Shown one piece after another: positions 1-8,921 of a stretch of 48,321 nucleotides of DNA. The notes under the pieces were generated by a model that was not told the DNA's origin, did not search any database, and saw nothing but the letters and a program-made list of their open reading frames with translations. Position 1 is the stretch's first letter. Each line of letters begins with the position of its first letter. The translations under genes and the position numbers were made by a program. Source of the DNA: a virus; IMG/VR virus record IMGVR_UViG_3300025030_000039, positions 380,878 to 429,198 of that record; one strand, 5' to 3'.

Positions 1-200
1 AATTGCTTTTCTAATATATCTCATAAAAAGAATCGCTTTATCTTCATTTGAAAAAGTTGCATCTCCAATATCTTGAATAGGTACTGGAAATAAATATTTT
101 TTATTATCAACATTTACATTATAATATAAATGTCCTGCTCTATAATATGAAAAATAAACTTTATTGTCTTTTATAATTTCTTTTATATTTGGTAACATAA
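1..200 (-). CDS. hypothetical protein, 5' part only (gene continues beyond window start)
   Basis: ATG at 200-198 (rc of 'cat') opens a minus-strand frame that stays open to position 1 (MLPNIKEIIKDNKVYFSYYRAGHLYYNVNV...); no similarity recognised. Confidence 0.35.
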
Positions 201-218
201 CTTTTTTTATTTAGTTTG

Positions 219-295
219 TCCGCTAAGATGGATTTGAACCAGCATGTAACCAATTAACCTTTCAACCGGGTATCAGCCGGAGGGTATATTAGCGG
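219..295 (-). tRNA. tRNA-like element of uncertain identity (possibly aberrant/pseudo-tRNA; candidate anticodon loop CTGATAC = GAU/Ile)
   Basis: rc contains a 7-bp acceptor stem (CCGCTAA/TTAGCGG), T-arm GCTGG-TTCAAAT-CCATC (one C-T mismatch) and a palindromic hairpin CCGG-CTGATAC-CCGG; no canonical D-arm could be folded by hand; 77 nt without CCA. Confidence 0.3.
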
Positions 296-306
296 TTTAT
301 AATTTG

Positions 307-377
307 CAGATCTACAAAGATTCGAACTCTGAAAGACGGGTCTGGAATCCGTCGTGTTACCATTACACTATAGACCT
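307..377 (-). tRNA. tRNA-Trp (anticodon CCA)
   Basis: rc: acceptor AGGTCTA/TAGATCT, D-stem GTGT/ACAC, anticodon stem ACGGA/CCCGT (A31-C39 mismatch) with loop TTCCAGA, T-arm CAGAG-TTCGAAT-CTTTG, discriminator G; 71 nt, folded by hand. Confidence 0.5.
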
Positions 378-388
378 ATTTAAATTCG

Positions 389-464
389 TGGGAACTGAGA
401 GATTTGAACTCCCGGCCTTAATTTTGTAAGAATTCTGCTCTAAACCAAACTGAGCTAAGCTCCC
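389..464 (-). tRNA. tRNA-Val (anticodon TAC)
   Basis: rc: acceptor GGGAGCT/AGTTCCC, D-stem GCTC/GAGC, anticodon stem GAATT/AATTA (G27-A43 mismatch) with loop CTTACAA, variable AGGCC, T-arm GGGAG-TTCAAAT-CTCTC, discriminator A; 76 nt. Confidence 0.55.
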
Positions 465-483
465 ATTTACACCTAAACTTTTG

Positions 484-567
484 TACTACGTATGGGATTC
501 GAACCCATGAGTTGTTTCCAACACAACAGTGAAAGTGTTGCGACCTAAACCTCTAGTCGAACGTAGC
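484..567 (-). tRNA. tRNA-Glu (anticodon TTC) with unusually long (15-nt) variable region
   Basis: rc: acceptor GCTACGT/ACGTAGT, D-stem GACT/GGTC, perfect anticodon stem CAACA/TGTTG with loop CTTTCAC, T-arm ATGGG-TTCGAAT-CCCAT; 15 nt (TGTTGGAAACAACTC, hairpin GTTG-GAAA-CAAC) between anticodon stem and T-stem. Confidence 0.5.
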
Positions 568-589
568 ATTTAAATTTGGGTGGAAGATG

Positions 590-673
590 GGTACCTGATA
601 GGATTCGAACCTACGATGTTTCTAATGTATAGAGCCACAATCTATTGCCTTCGGCCGCTAGGCTACAGATACC
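590..673 (-). tRNA. tRNA-His (anticodon GTG) with encoded G-1 and a long (14-nt) variable region
   Basis: rc: extra 5' G (G-1) opposite discriminator C73, acceptor GTATCTG/CAGGTAC (one G-U), D-stem GCCT/AGGC, perfect anticodon stem ATAGA/TCTAT with loop TTGTGGC, T-arm GTAGG-TTCGAAT-CCTAT; 14 nt (ACATTAGAAACATC) in variable position. Confidence 0.55.
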
Positions 674-690
674 ATATTAAATATTTCAAA

Positions 691-731
691 GAACAAAATA
701 AAAAGGTTCAAATCTTGCGATTTGAACCTTT
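691..731 (-). terminator. rho-independent terminator (perfect 13-bp stem, loop TTGC, then U-tract on minus strand)
   Basis: aaaggttcaaatc (702-714) / gatttgaaccttt (719-731) perfect inverted repeat; minus-strand RNA continues UUAUUUUGUUC (rc of 691-701). Confidence 0.6.
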
Positions 732-921
732 AAATATAGAATTATATAGTTAATGCACAAATCACATAATATTAATGTTCACCTCTTCTAGAAGATGTTC
801 CCAAATATGAATGATATGTACAGAAATTGCTTTCATTTGTTTATATATTAAAATTTTATTTGTAATTATATGCAAATATATATAAAAAGTTTCGCATTTA
901 CAAATTTATTTTAAATTATTT

Positions 922-1986
922 TTAACTTATTTTATTTTGAAGTTCTTGTATACCTTTTTTATCTTTAATTTTATTACCAATATATTCAAATTGTCCTCTC
1001 CATTCATCACTTGAACTGTATGATTCTTTTTCTGTAAGAATTTTTTTATGTTGTAAATAAATTAAAATCGCATCTGCTAATTCAAAAAGTTGTTGATATT
1101 TTAATTTGCCTTTGTATTTTCCGATAAATTGATTAGTTTTAACATTATTGTATTTTGTATTACCATTAAGTATTTTAGCAATTGAAGTACTACTATGTGA
1201 AGAAGGCAATTCATATATAAGTGTAAGTATATCATTTATGATTTCTTTTTCATTAATTGAAAGTTCCGTTTTATCAAAAATATATAATGATAGAAATTTT
1301 TGATAATTATTCCATGAATCATTGGAATGATTATATACCGTATTCAAATCATAATTATCATAAGTATCAATTTTATTTAAATCAAACGATTCATAACATT
1401 GTTCTTTAATAAAAAATATTTTATCAATTTCGTCTTGTGTATGAATTTGTGTATGTGGTAAGTGTAGTCTATATAACATAGCATTAGTATCTAAGTTATT
1501 ATCCTTTTGGAATTTTGCCCAAAAATCATAAAAATCTTGTTCCTTTTTAATGTAATAATTTACGCTATCATCATAATGATATTTATAACCAGAACCATTA
1601 GGATTGTTTATATCTAATTTATATTTTGTTATGCTTGCTATAGCATCAGGGTTATCTAAAAAATGAGCTCTTGATATTTTATAAAAATCTATTCTATTGA
1701 AATCATACGTATGTCCAGGTGACCATGTTATTAATTCAATATTATTTTTCCAGAAAAATTGTAATCTTGCTGCTAATTTTCTTTTTTGTAAAGTTTCATA
1801 TAAATTATTATCGAATTTAAAAAGATGTAATGGAACTTCTTTTCCATATTTATCTAAAACTATAATAAGTGGAATTTTATTGTGTATAAATATTTTAGAA
1901 ATTTTATACATTTGATCTCTATGAAAATATAAAGATTGTTGTGATGCTTTTAAGCTATCACCAGGCATAAGATATTCTCTATTCAT
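922..1986 (-). CDS. hypothetical protein (354 aa)
   Basis: long minus-strand ORF; no recognisable motifs. Confidence 0.5.
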   Translation of the reverse strand: MNREYLMPGDSLKASQQSLYFHRDQMYKISKIFIHNKIPLIIVLDKYGKEVPLHLFKFDNNLYETLQKRKLAARLQFFWKNNIELITWSPGHTYDFNRIDFYKISRAHFLDNPDAIASITKYKLDINNPNGSGYKYHYDDSVNYYIKKEQDFYDFWAKFQKDNNLDTNAMLYRLHLPHTQIHTQDEIDKIFFIKEQCYESFDLNKIDTYDNYDLNTVYNHSNDSWNNYQKFLSLYIFDKTELSINEKEIINDILTLIYELPSSHSSTSIAKILNGNTKYNNVKTNQFIGKYKGKLKYQQLFELADAILIYLQHKKILTEKESYSSSDEWRGQFEYIGNKIKDKKGIQELQNKIS

Positions 1987-1990
1987 TTAA

Positions 1991-2040
1991 TAAAATATAA
2001 AAAAAGAACATAACTATATTAACTATATTATGTTCTTTTT
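1991..2040 (-). terminator. rho-independent terminator downstream of 2055..2333
   Basis: imperfect hairpin with 10-bp perfect core aagaacataa (2003-2012) / ttatgttctt (2029-2038); minus-strand RNA then has UUUUUUAUAUUUUA (rc of 1991-2002). Confidence 0.55.
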
Positions 2041-2054
2041 AATTAATAAAAATA

Positions 2055-2333
2055 TTATTTACTTTCATCAAAATATTCTTTATGAATTTTTTTCTGAAGC
2101 TCAATAGAAGCTTTAACTTCTTCAATTTCTTTGTGAATTTCTCTTATTGAAGCGAAATTTAGAGTTTGATGTTGAAATGCAGTGTTTAAAGCTCTTTTCT
2201 TAATAACAATTTCTTGTTCTAAAGAAGATACTTCTTTGTTTGATGCTGCAATAGCTTCTTCTAATCTTAGAGAAGCATCTTGATTTGCTGTTTCTTTATC
2301 GTCAGCGCTGATTAGTTTAAGGTACTTGTTCAT
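2055..2333 (-). CDS. hypothetical small coiled-coil protein (92 aa)
   Basis: ORF; E/K-rich heptad-like sequence. Confidence 0.4.
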   Translation of the reverse strand: MNKYLKLISADDKETANQDASLRLEEAIAASNKEVSSLEQEIVIKKRALNTAFQHQTLNFASIREIHKEIEEVKASIELQKKIHKEYFDESK

Positions 2334-2341
2334 AATAATAA

Positions 2342-3601
2342 TTATTTGGTTAATAAATTAAAAAATATATCAATTAAATGTTTTTCAAATTTTAAAGTTT
2401 TTTGTTTTGCATCACTTCTTATTAATTCTTGTTCTTTTATAAGAAGTTTGAAAAATTCCGTTTTTCTTAAATCAAATGCTTGTTCAGAAAGATAAATAGT
2501 TCTTTTAATATTATGAGATAGCAGCCCATTGTTATTAATTAAACCTTTAATAGAAGCATTTAAGAAATATCCCTTTTTAGCTAGAAATAATCTAGCTTTT
2601 TCTACTTCATTTAGTTCTTTAGGTAAAAGTTCTCTTTCTTCACAACCTTCCGAGTTTTCAGCTAATCTACCTGCAACATGATTTATTCCACTAATTGTTT
2701 TAATGTTTTCAACCATTCCTTTAGGTAAAGATATAACTTCCTTTTTTGTTGATTTAATAGATACCTTATAAGTATCTTTAAATTCAGATTCAACTATTCT
2801 TTTATTGCTTAAAACTTTTTTCCAAGAATCATTATAAGTATAAGCTCCAAACCAATCCCATCTAAGATTTGCTTCATAAGTTTTTTCGATTTCATTACAT
2901 ACAGTAATTACTAAATCTTCTGGAAGAGATCCCGCAATTATTCTCACTATCTTATCATCCATATCCCAAGTATCTTTTACAATACGAGATTCATTTATTT
3001 TAAGATTATCTATATCATAATGAAAAATAGATGGAGCATTATATTCATAGCATTTAATTCCTTTTCTGTAAATAATTAATTTATCTCCTCCTTTAAAAAG
3101 TTTAAATCCATTTCCTGTATATAATAAATCTTTTCGTTCAAATGAAAAATAATAATCCCATTTATTAATAACTTCTTTTATAGATGGAATGATATCAATA
3201 AAAATACAAGTCTTATTATCTTCAGAATTAACTTCTTCAACAATTTCCCATATAGGATTTTCTTCATCTAAAGCATTACAATAAATTTCACGTATTACCA
3301 TCCAAGGTTCCCATATAGTACCTCCCATATCAACACAAAAAGAAGTTTCTTTTCCATCTATAACAATAAATTCTGCATCTTCACCTCTAAATTTATGTGA
3401 TGTTATACTAAAAAGTATTTCTCTATGACCAGAAAATGCATGAAATTTTATTTTATTTCTCATTAACCAAGCAATAGCATAATTAAGACCACTTCCATAT
3501 TCTCCTATTTTAGTGTCATCATTTTTCTTAGTAGAAAATCCTATTTTTTCAAAAGCTTTAGGTTCTATTTTACCTTTATTTGAAATTTTTAAGAATGCCA
3601 T
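2342..3601 (-). CDS. hypothetical protein (419 aa)
   Basis: ORF; glycine-rich GEYGSGLNYA and EIYCNALDE segments but no motif order matching a known ATPase family. Confidence 0.45.
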   Translation of the reverse strand: MAFLKISNKGKIEPKAFEKIGFSTKKNDDTKIGEYGSGLNYAIAWLMRNKIKFHAFSGHREILFSITSHKFRGEDAEFIVIDGKETSFCVDMGGTIWEPWMVIREIYCNALDEENPIWEIVEEVNSEDNKTCIFIDIIPSIKEVINKWDYYFSFERKDLLYTGNGFKLFKGGDKLIIYRKGIKCYEYNAPSIFHYDIDNLKINESRIVKDTWDMDDKIVRIIAGSLPEDLVITVCNEIEKTYEANLRWDWFGAYTYNDSWKKVLSNKRIVESEFKDTYKVSIKSTKKEVISLPKGMVENIKTISGINHVAGRLAENSEGCEERELLPKELNEVEKARLFLAKKGYFLNASIKGLINNNGLLSHNIKRTIYLSEQAFDLRKTEFFKLLIKEQELIRSDAKQKTLKFEKHLIDIFFNLLTK

Positions 3602-3712
3602 TTAAATTATATTTAATGAATTAATTATGTAAATATAATAAAAAAGAGTTTAATTAAAAACAAAAAGAGCATAATTAAAAATTACACTCCTTATTAATTT
3701 AAAATATTTTGT

Positions 3713-4465
3713 TTATTTATTTTCAGTTGTTCCTTTTGCAGATTCTTTAATTTCCTCAAATTGCTTTTGTACTTCAGCATAAGGTATTTGTTGTAAATCA
3801 AATGCTATAATATGTATAACCTTTAATTCATTATCTATAGTATTTGTAAATGATGAATCAATTATAGAAGTAGATAAATATGTTTGAATTTGATTATCCA
3901 TATTTGCATACATTTTATAATGTTCTTTATTTGAAGATAAATTTTCATCCATTTTTAATCCTAATGGAATTATTTTACTAAATAATAAAATACCAGTACA
4001 TATCAAAAATGTTGCTAATAAATTATCTGAAGAATCTCCCCATCCTTTTTTAGAAATAATTAAACCTAAAATTAAACAAACTATCATAAATATAGTTTGT
4101 AAAATTATAAAATAATATAAATTAGCTATAAAAAAATCTATAGTTTTATCGTGTGAATCTGCTCTTTTTCTTATAATTTTTAGTTGATTAAATATTCTAT
4201 TTAATGTATATTTATCTTCATTTTTTTTAGGATTAACAATATATCTAGCATTAGATACTTTATCATAAATGACTACAGTTTTTTCAGAATTAATAGAAGT
4301 ATCCTTTAGGGTTAAAATATTTTTATCACCAGATAATTTATCTGATTTAGTTTCAGCCATTCTAATAGTAATAAAATGAAATATAAATAACATTAATATT
4401 AATATAATGGCTGAAACTAAAACAAATCTTTTTTTAATAAAATTTATAACCTTTACATAATTCAT
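3713..4465 (-). CDS. hypothetical membrane protein (3-4 predicted TM helices)
   Basis: hydrophobic stretches LVSAIILILMLFIFHFITI, FIILQTIFMIVCLILGLII, LLATFLICTGILLF. Confidence 0.45.
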   Translation of the reverse strand: MNYVKVINFIKKRFVLVSAIILILMLFIFHFITIRMAETKSDKLSGDKNILTLKDTSINSEKTVVIYDKVSNARYIVNPKKNEDKYTLNRIFNQLKIIRKRADSHDKTIDFFIANLYYFIILQTIFMIVCLILGLIISKKGWGDSSDNLLATFLICTGILLFSKIIPLGLKMDENLSSNKEHYKMYANMDNQIQTYLSTSIIDSSFTNTIDNELKVIHIIAFDLQQIPYAEVQKQFEEIKESAKGTTENK

Positions 4466-4510
4466 AGAATTAACTATATTAAATTATATATTGATCATAA
4501 ACCCTTTTAA

Positions 4511-5131
4511 TTAGTCATTTAATAAACTAGATTTAGATTTATATAATTTTTCTTTACTCATACCTCTATAATTAGATGTACCTTTACTTATAGTGGCATA
4601 AGCGTTATTTGTTCCATCTGCAGTAGCTGCAAAACACATAGAATTACTTGTTGACATTCCCATAGATTGTCCAGCTTGCATAGCATCTTGATTTGCTGCT
4701 AAAAATATAAATTCCCAATCACCTTTTCTTTTCTCTTCAATAAGTTTAAAAATATTTTCTCTTGTGAATTCTCTACTTGCATTTTCTTCTCCATCTGTAA
4801 GAATAACACATAGATATCTATCTGCTTCTATTTGCATTGATTCAACTTGGTGTACTCCTTTTCCAATTGCATCATATAATGCAGTTGAACCTCTAGGTAC
4901 AAAAGTTTTGTCATTTAATTCTTCTATATTTTTGATATCTTCACCATGAGCAATAAGATCATATTCAGTATCAAATAAAGCTATGCTCATCATACATTTT
5001 CCTTCAATATTTTTTTGATCATTTAAAAATGTATTAAATCCACCTATAGCATCATTTTTTATAGTTGACATAGATCCTGATCTATCTATAATTGCTAATA
5101 TAACTGTTCCGTCAAATTTTTCTTTTTTCAT
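4511..5131 (-). CDS. von Willebrand factor type A (vWA) domain protein
   Basis: MIDAS motif DRSGSM near N-terminus, then GSTALYDAIG and VILTDGEEN blocks typical of vWA. Confidence 0.6.
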   Translation of the reverse strand: MKKEKFDGTVILAIIDRSGSMSTIKNDAIGGFNTFLNDQKNIEGKCMMSIALFDTEYDLIAHGEDIKNIEELNDKTFVPRGSTALYDAIGKGVHQVESMQIEADRYLCVILTDGEENASREFTRENIFKLIEEKRKGDWEFIFLAANQDAMQAGQSMGMSTSNSMCFAATADGTNNAYATISKGTSNYRGMSKEKLYKSKSSLLND

Positions 5132-5195
5132 AATTATTTTTATTTAAATTTAATTGTTAAATATTCTCACTTTGTTGATTAAGTTGTTAAGGCTT

Positions 5196-6029
5196 TTAAT
5201 CTAATTTTTCTCCACATGTTGGACAAAATTTCCATGTCGATTTTTTAATTCTTGATCTACATTCTGGACAATATTGTCTATTATCAGTTGGAAAAATAAC
5301 AGTTTTTTGAGATTCAGGAAGAATCTTATATTCAACAAATGATGAACAATAAGAATTAAATTCAATATCTATTTGATCAAAATATTGACTTGAAGTTTTA
5401 CCTTTAGATATTCTACCAGTTTCTTTTGTCGCAGACATTTTAGAACATTTAACTGATCTTTTATTTTCATTTAAAAATCCTTTAGTTTGTTCTTGATTAG
5501 AATTTACATTAATATTGATATCTAAGCTATCTGTTGTAGTAGAATATTGTCCACTAGTATTTGTAACTCCTGTTGAATAAAAACATGTATTAATATTTTG
5601 AGTTCCATTTGTATACGTACCAGGAAACCAATAATCTTTGTCAAAAGATAATGTTAAATTTTGATTTTTAACTTTTTCATCATAAAATTCTATACGTAAA
5701 ATACCATTTTTTGCAATAGCATGATTAGTTGATTGATTATTTTCAACTTCATACGTTTCAAAAAGAAATTTACGATTCTGATCTAAATATCTATCTAACC
5801 AAACTCGTTCACCTGGTTTTAAAACAAGTAAATTCTTTGACATAGAATTACCATTAAAGATAATTTTAATACCGATAGTATTTTGTTTTGGATTATAGAG
5901 TTCTAATTCAAACTCATCTTTGTCTCTTAAAAAGACATTATTATCGTTTGCCTGGGAACGATAAACCCTTTGTCTGTTTTTGCCTATGGCCACGTGAGCC
6001 TCTGGCGTTCCATAAAATAATTGTACCAT
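5196..6029 (-). CDS. hypothetical protein with C-terminal zinc ribbon (CPEC...CPTC)
   Basis: C-terminal CxxC-x14-CxxC; S/T/N-rich linker; N-terminal 30 codons noticeably GC-richer than surroundings. Confidence 0.45.
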   Translation of the reverse strand: MVQLFYGTPEAHVAIGKNRQRVYRSQANDNNVFLRDKDEFELELYNPKQNTIGIKIIFNGNSMSKNLLVLKPGERVWLDRYLDQNRKFLFETYEVENNQSTNHAIAKNGILRIEFYDEKVKNQNLTLSFDKDYWFPGTYTNGTQNINTCFYSTGVTNTSGQYSTTTDSLDININVNSNQEQTKGFLNENKRSVKCSKMSATKETGRISKGKTSSQYFDQIDIEFNSYCSSFVEYKILPESQKTVIFPTDNRQYCPECRSRIKKSTWKFCPTCGEKLD

Positions 6030-6158
6030 TTTTAATCTCTATTTTTATTTTTGCTAATTTTTTTGTCGCTCTTAAACGACTCTAAGCTTATTAAACTCAA
6101 AACTAACAAAGTGAGACCTTAACATTAATTATATGAAAATAAAATTAAAAGTTTCGAT

Positions 6159-6938
6159 TTAATTATCGAAAAATCCGAAATCACTTGAATTTTTTAAATG
6201 TTCATATTTATCTTTAAACCAGTTTGGAAAAAATTTCCAATTTTTATCATTTATATTGTTTATAAATTTTAAATTTTTAGATAAAATATCATCTAAATCT
6301 TTCCAAATATTTTTATTTTTATTTATTAATTTAGTATCAAATTCTAATGTATCTTTTTCAAACATTGTATAATTTTTTCCTAAATCAAAAATTTTACGTA
6401 TTTTATCTCCATCTTTATGATATTCTAATAAAGCAAAAAATAATCTACCTAAACTATTAAATTCTTCTGAATTTCCTACACCATTAGAATCTTCTATATC
6501 ACCAGAATATAAAGCAGGATTACTAGTATTACTTGCTTCACATACAACATATCTTATAGGAATATTTATTAAAAAATTATCATTAAATATATCATTTAAA
6601 TTATCAACTCCACTAATATTATAATACTGATATCCTTTAAGAGATGGTAAAATAGCAATTATAATTCTATAATCATCATTTTTTAAAAAAATTGGTGATA
6701 CATCTGTTATATCACCTTCTTCCTTTAAATATTTAGTTGACCAATATTCTAATTCAATACTTATAATATTAATATCATTACCGTGTTTAGATTCATAATT
6801 TTTAACTAAATGTTGAAATATTTCAATAACTATATCACCTTTAGCATTGTTATATAAAATTTTACTAATTTCAGGGTATGGATTTCCATATGATTTACCT
6901 TCATTTAAAAAACTAATATAATCTTTAATAAATTTCAT
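6159..6938 (-). CDS. hypothetical protein (259 aa)
   Basis: ORF only. Confidence 0.4.
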   Translation of the reverse strand: MKFIKDYISFLNEGKSYGNPYPEISKILYNNAKGDIVIEIFQHLVKNYESKHGNDINIISIELEYWSTKYLKEEGDITDVSPIFLKNDDYRIIIAILPSLKGYQYYNISGVDNLNDIFNDNFLINIPIRYVVCEASNTSNPALYSGDIEDSNGVGNSEEFNSLGRLFFALLEYHKDGDKIRKIFDLGKNYTMFEKDTLEFDTKLINKNKNIWKDLDDILSKNLKFINNINDKNWKFFPNWFKDKYEHLKNSSDFGFFDN

Positions 6939-6951
6939 TAATTATTTTATT

Positions 6952-7185
6952 TTATATATTTTCTTTTTTAGCTCTTAAAATTTTTGGTATAAATTCTTCA
7001 TTAATATTTTTGCAATCTGCACATCTAAAACCTGGTATAGGTAAATTTTCCTTTTTACCTGTTCCTGATTGTAAAATAGATGCAATTTTAATTATATAAA
7101 TTTGTTCAAATACATCACTACCACATTTTGAACAAACTGCATTAGGCATATTTGGAATTTCATTTTTAATTGTTAATTGATTCAT
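6952..7185 (-). CDS. small zinc-ribbon protein (77 aa)
   Basis: CSKCGS ... CADCKN four-Cys arrangement; 4-nt overlap with the next gene's stop. Confidence 0.4.
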   Translation of the reverse strand: MNQLTIKNEIPNMPNAVCSKCGSDVFEQIYIIKIASILQSGTGKKENLPIPGFRCADCKNINEEFIPKILRAKKENI

Positions 7186-8921
7186 GACATTAAATTTTTT
7201 AATCTGTTATTAAAGTGATCTGGAAAATTTTCTCTATTATTTAATATATTCATTATAGTACCATCTATAAAATAAGTTATAGCCCAATCGTCTTTTGTTC
7301 TAATTGATCTACCCACGCCCTGAAAAATACTGATTTCTGTTTTCCAAGAATACCATTCATTTGATTTTTTTAATTTTGCTTTAACTAATGGATCTGATAA
7401 TGATGGATATGGAACTTTAAAAAATATTTGAAATCTACTTATATCATCTTTTAAATCTAAACCTTCTAAAAGAGATGGTCCTATAAGTATTAAACCTTCT
7501 TTGTTATTTTTAAAAGTATTTAATATTTGTAATTTTTCTTGAGTATTAACGTAACTAATTAATCTATTTTTGTATTTTGAATTTTTTAAAATATAATTCA
7601 TGAATTCATAAGATCCAGTATGAATAATACCTGAATTATTTTTATGTTTTTTCTCAATAATATAATCCATTACTTTTAATACATACGGAAGATTTTTTTC
7701 TTTTTCTTTATATGATAATTTATATTTAGGTAAATAGAAAATAGGTGATTTATCATAATTAAAATCACTAGGTATTCTCATAAATTTAACTTTATCTAAA
7801 GCTATAACATTTGCATATCTCTGAGGTGTTCCAATAGTAGCACTCATAAAAATTTTAAAACCTGCTTGTTTATGCATATGTTTAATTATCATAAATCTTT
7901 CATCTAAACAATTAAATTTAATTTCATCATTAGCTTCATTCTTTATAATATTATCTACAGAAGTTAAAGTTATTATTTCATTATAATCTTCTAATTTACA
8001 ATGTAAATCTTTTATCCAATCTAATATCCATAAACCTCTTTTCCATTCTTTAGGTAATTTTCTTTTATCAAAGGGATATAAATCTTTAAGTACTGTTTTT
8101 ATTTCTTCCGCAATACTAATAAAAGGAACTAATATAGATTCAACTTCTTTTAATAATTCAAATAATATAGATGTGCTTTCATTATCATAAATACGCTCAA
8201 TAATTTTTAATAAATTTGAATGATTATAACTAGCATTTAATTTAAAAAGAAAACCATTTTTATTAATAATTTGAGAAATTTCATATAAATAATCTCCAAT
8301 ATTTCTAGTTATTTTCGGTGAAAAATGATTCTGTATTATATCATCTATTTTATGTGCTTCATCAAAAAATATAAAATCTCTTTTTTGAAAAGGAACTGGC
8401 TTATCGGCTTCTTCCATTTTTCTGGCTACGTAATTTCTTTGTATAAGCCAGTAATTATATGTTAATAAAGTAATTTTATTTTCAATAGCTTTATCTCTTG
8501 TAACTAAATATTCGCAATTACTTCTGCAATATAACAAATTAGGATTTAAATTTCTACATCTACATTCTCCAATAGAAAATTTTTCATCATTAATATGACA
8601 TTTATAATTATCTACACCATTAATAAATCCAAAATTTAATTTGTATTTTATAAAATCTTCTTTATACTGTTCATATAACGAAATTTCACTAGTTAAAATA
8701 TATCCAGAATATTTTAATTTTTCTAATACATATGATACAGCAAGTGCAATTATACTTTTACCTGAACCTGTCGGTGCATCTAAAATAATTGAATCATATT
8801 TATTTTCTAAATATGTATTAATTACTTCTAATATTGCTTCTTTTTGCCATAATCTAAATTTAAAATCATTAGAAATGCTAATTTTAAAATTATTTAAATG
8901 CTCATTTATAATATTAATCAT
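7182..8921 (-). CDS. SF2 DNA helicase, DinG/Rad3(XPD)-like with Fe-S cluster domain
   Basis: Walker A ILDAPTGSGKS, four-Cys insert CHINDEKFSIGECRCRNLNPNLLYCRSNCEY, DEAH box FFDEAHKIDD, motif VI QGVGRSIRTKDD. Confidence 0.65.
   Translation of the reverse strand: MINIINEHLNNFKISISNDFKFRLWQKEAILEVINTYLENKYDSIILDAPTGSGKSIIALAVSYVLEKLKYSGYILTSEISLYEQYKEDFIKYKLNFGFINGVDNYKCHINDEKFSIGECRCRNLNPNLLYCRSNCEYLVTRDKAIENKITLLTYNYWLIQRNYVARKMEEADKPVPFQKRDFIFFDEAHKIDDIIQNHFSPKITRNIGDYLYEISQIINKNGFLFKLNASYNHSNLLKIIERIYDNESTSILFELLKEVESILVPFISIAEEIKTVLKDLYPFDKRKLPKEWKRGLWILDWIKDLHCKLEDYNEIITLTSVDNIIKNEANDEIKFNCLDERFMIIKHMHKQAGFKIFMSATIGTPQRYANVIALDKVKFMRIPSDFNYDKSPIFYLPKYKLSYKEKEKNLPYVLKVMDYIIEKKHKNNSGIIHTGSYEFMNYILKNSKYKNRLISYVNTQEKLQILNTFKNNKEGLILIGPSLLEGLDLKDDISRFQIFFKVPYPSLSDPLVKAKLKKSNEWYSWKTEISIFQGVGRSIRTKDDWAITYFIDGTIMNILNNRENFPDHFNNRLKNLMS

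Noticed and set aside
2342-3601. GHKL/Bergerat-fold ATPase assignment for the 419-aa protein (EIYCNALDE resembles the N-box)
   Set aside because: The glycine-rich GEYGSGL segment precedes rather than follows the putative N-box, so the motif order is wrong; left as hypothetical.
6030-6158. Terminator at gtcgctcttaaacgac hairpin
   Set aside because: Only a 4-bp stem and no U-tract on the minus strand.
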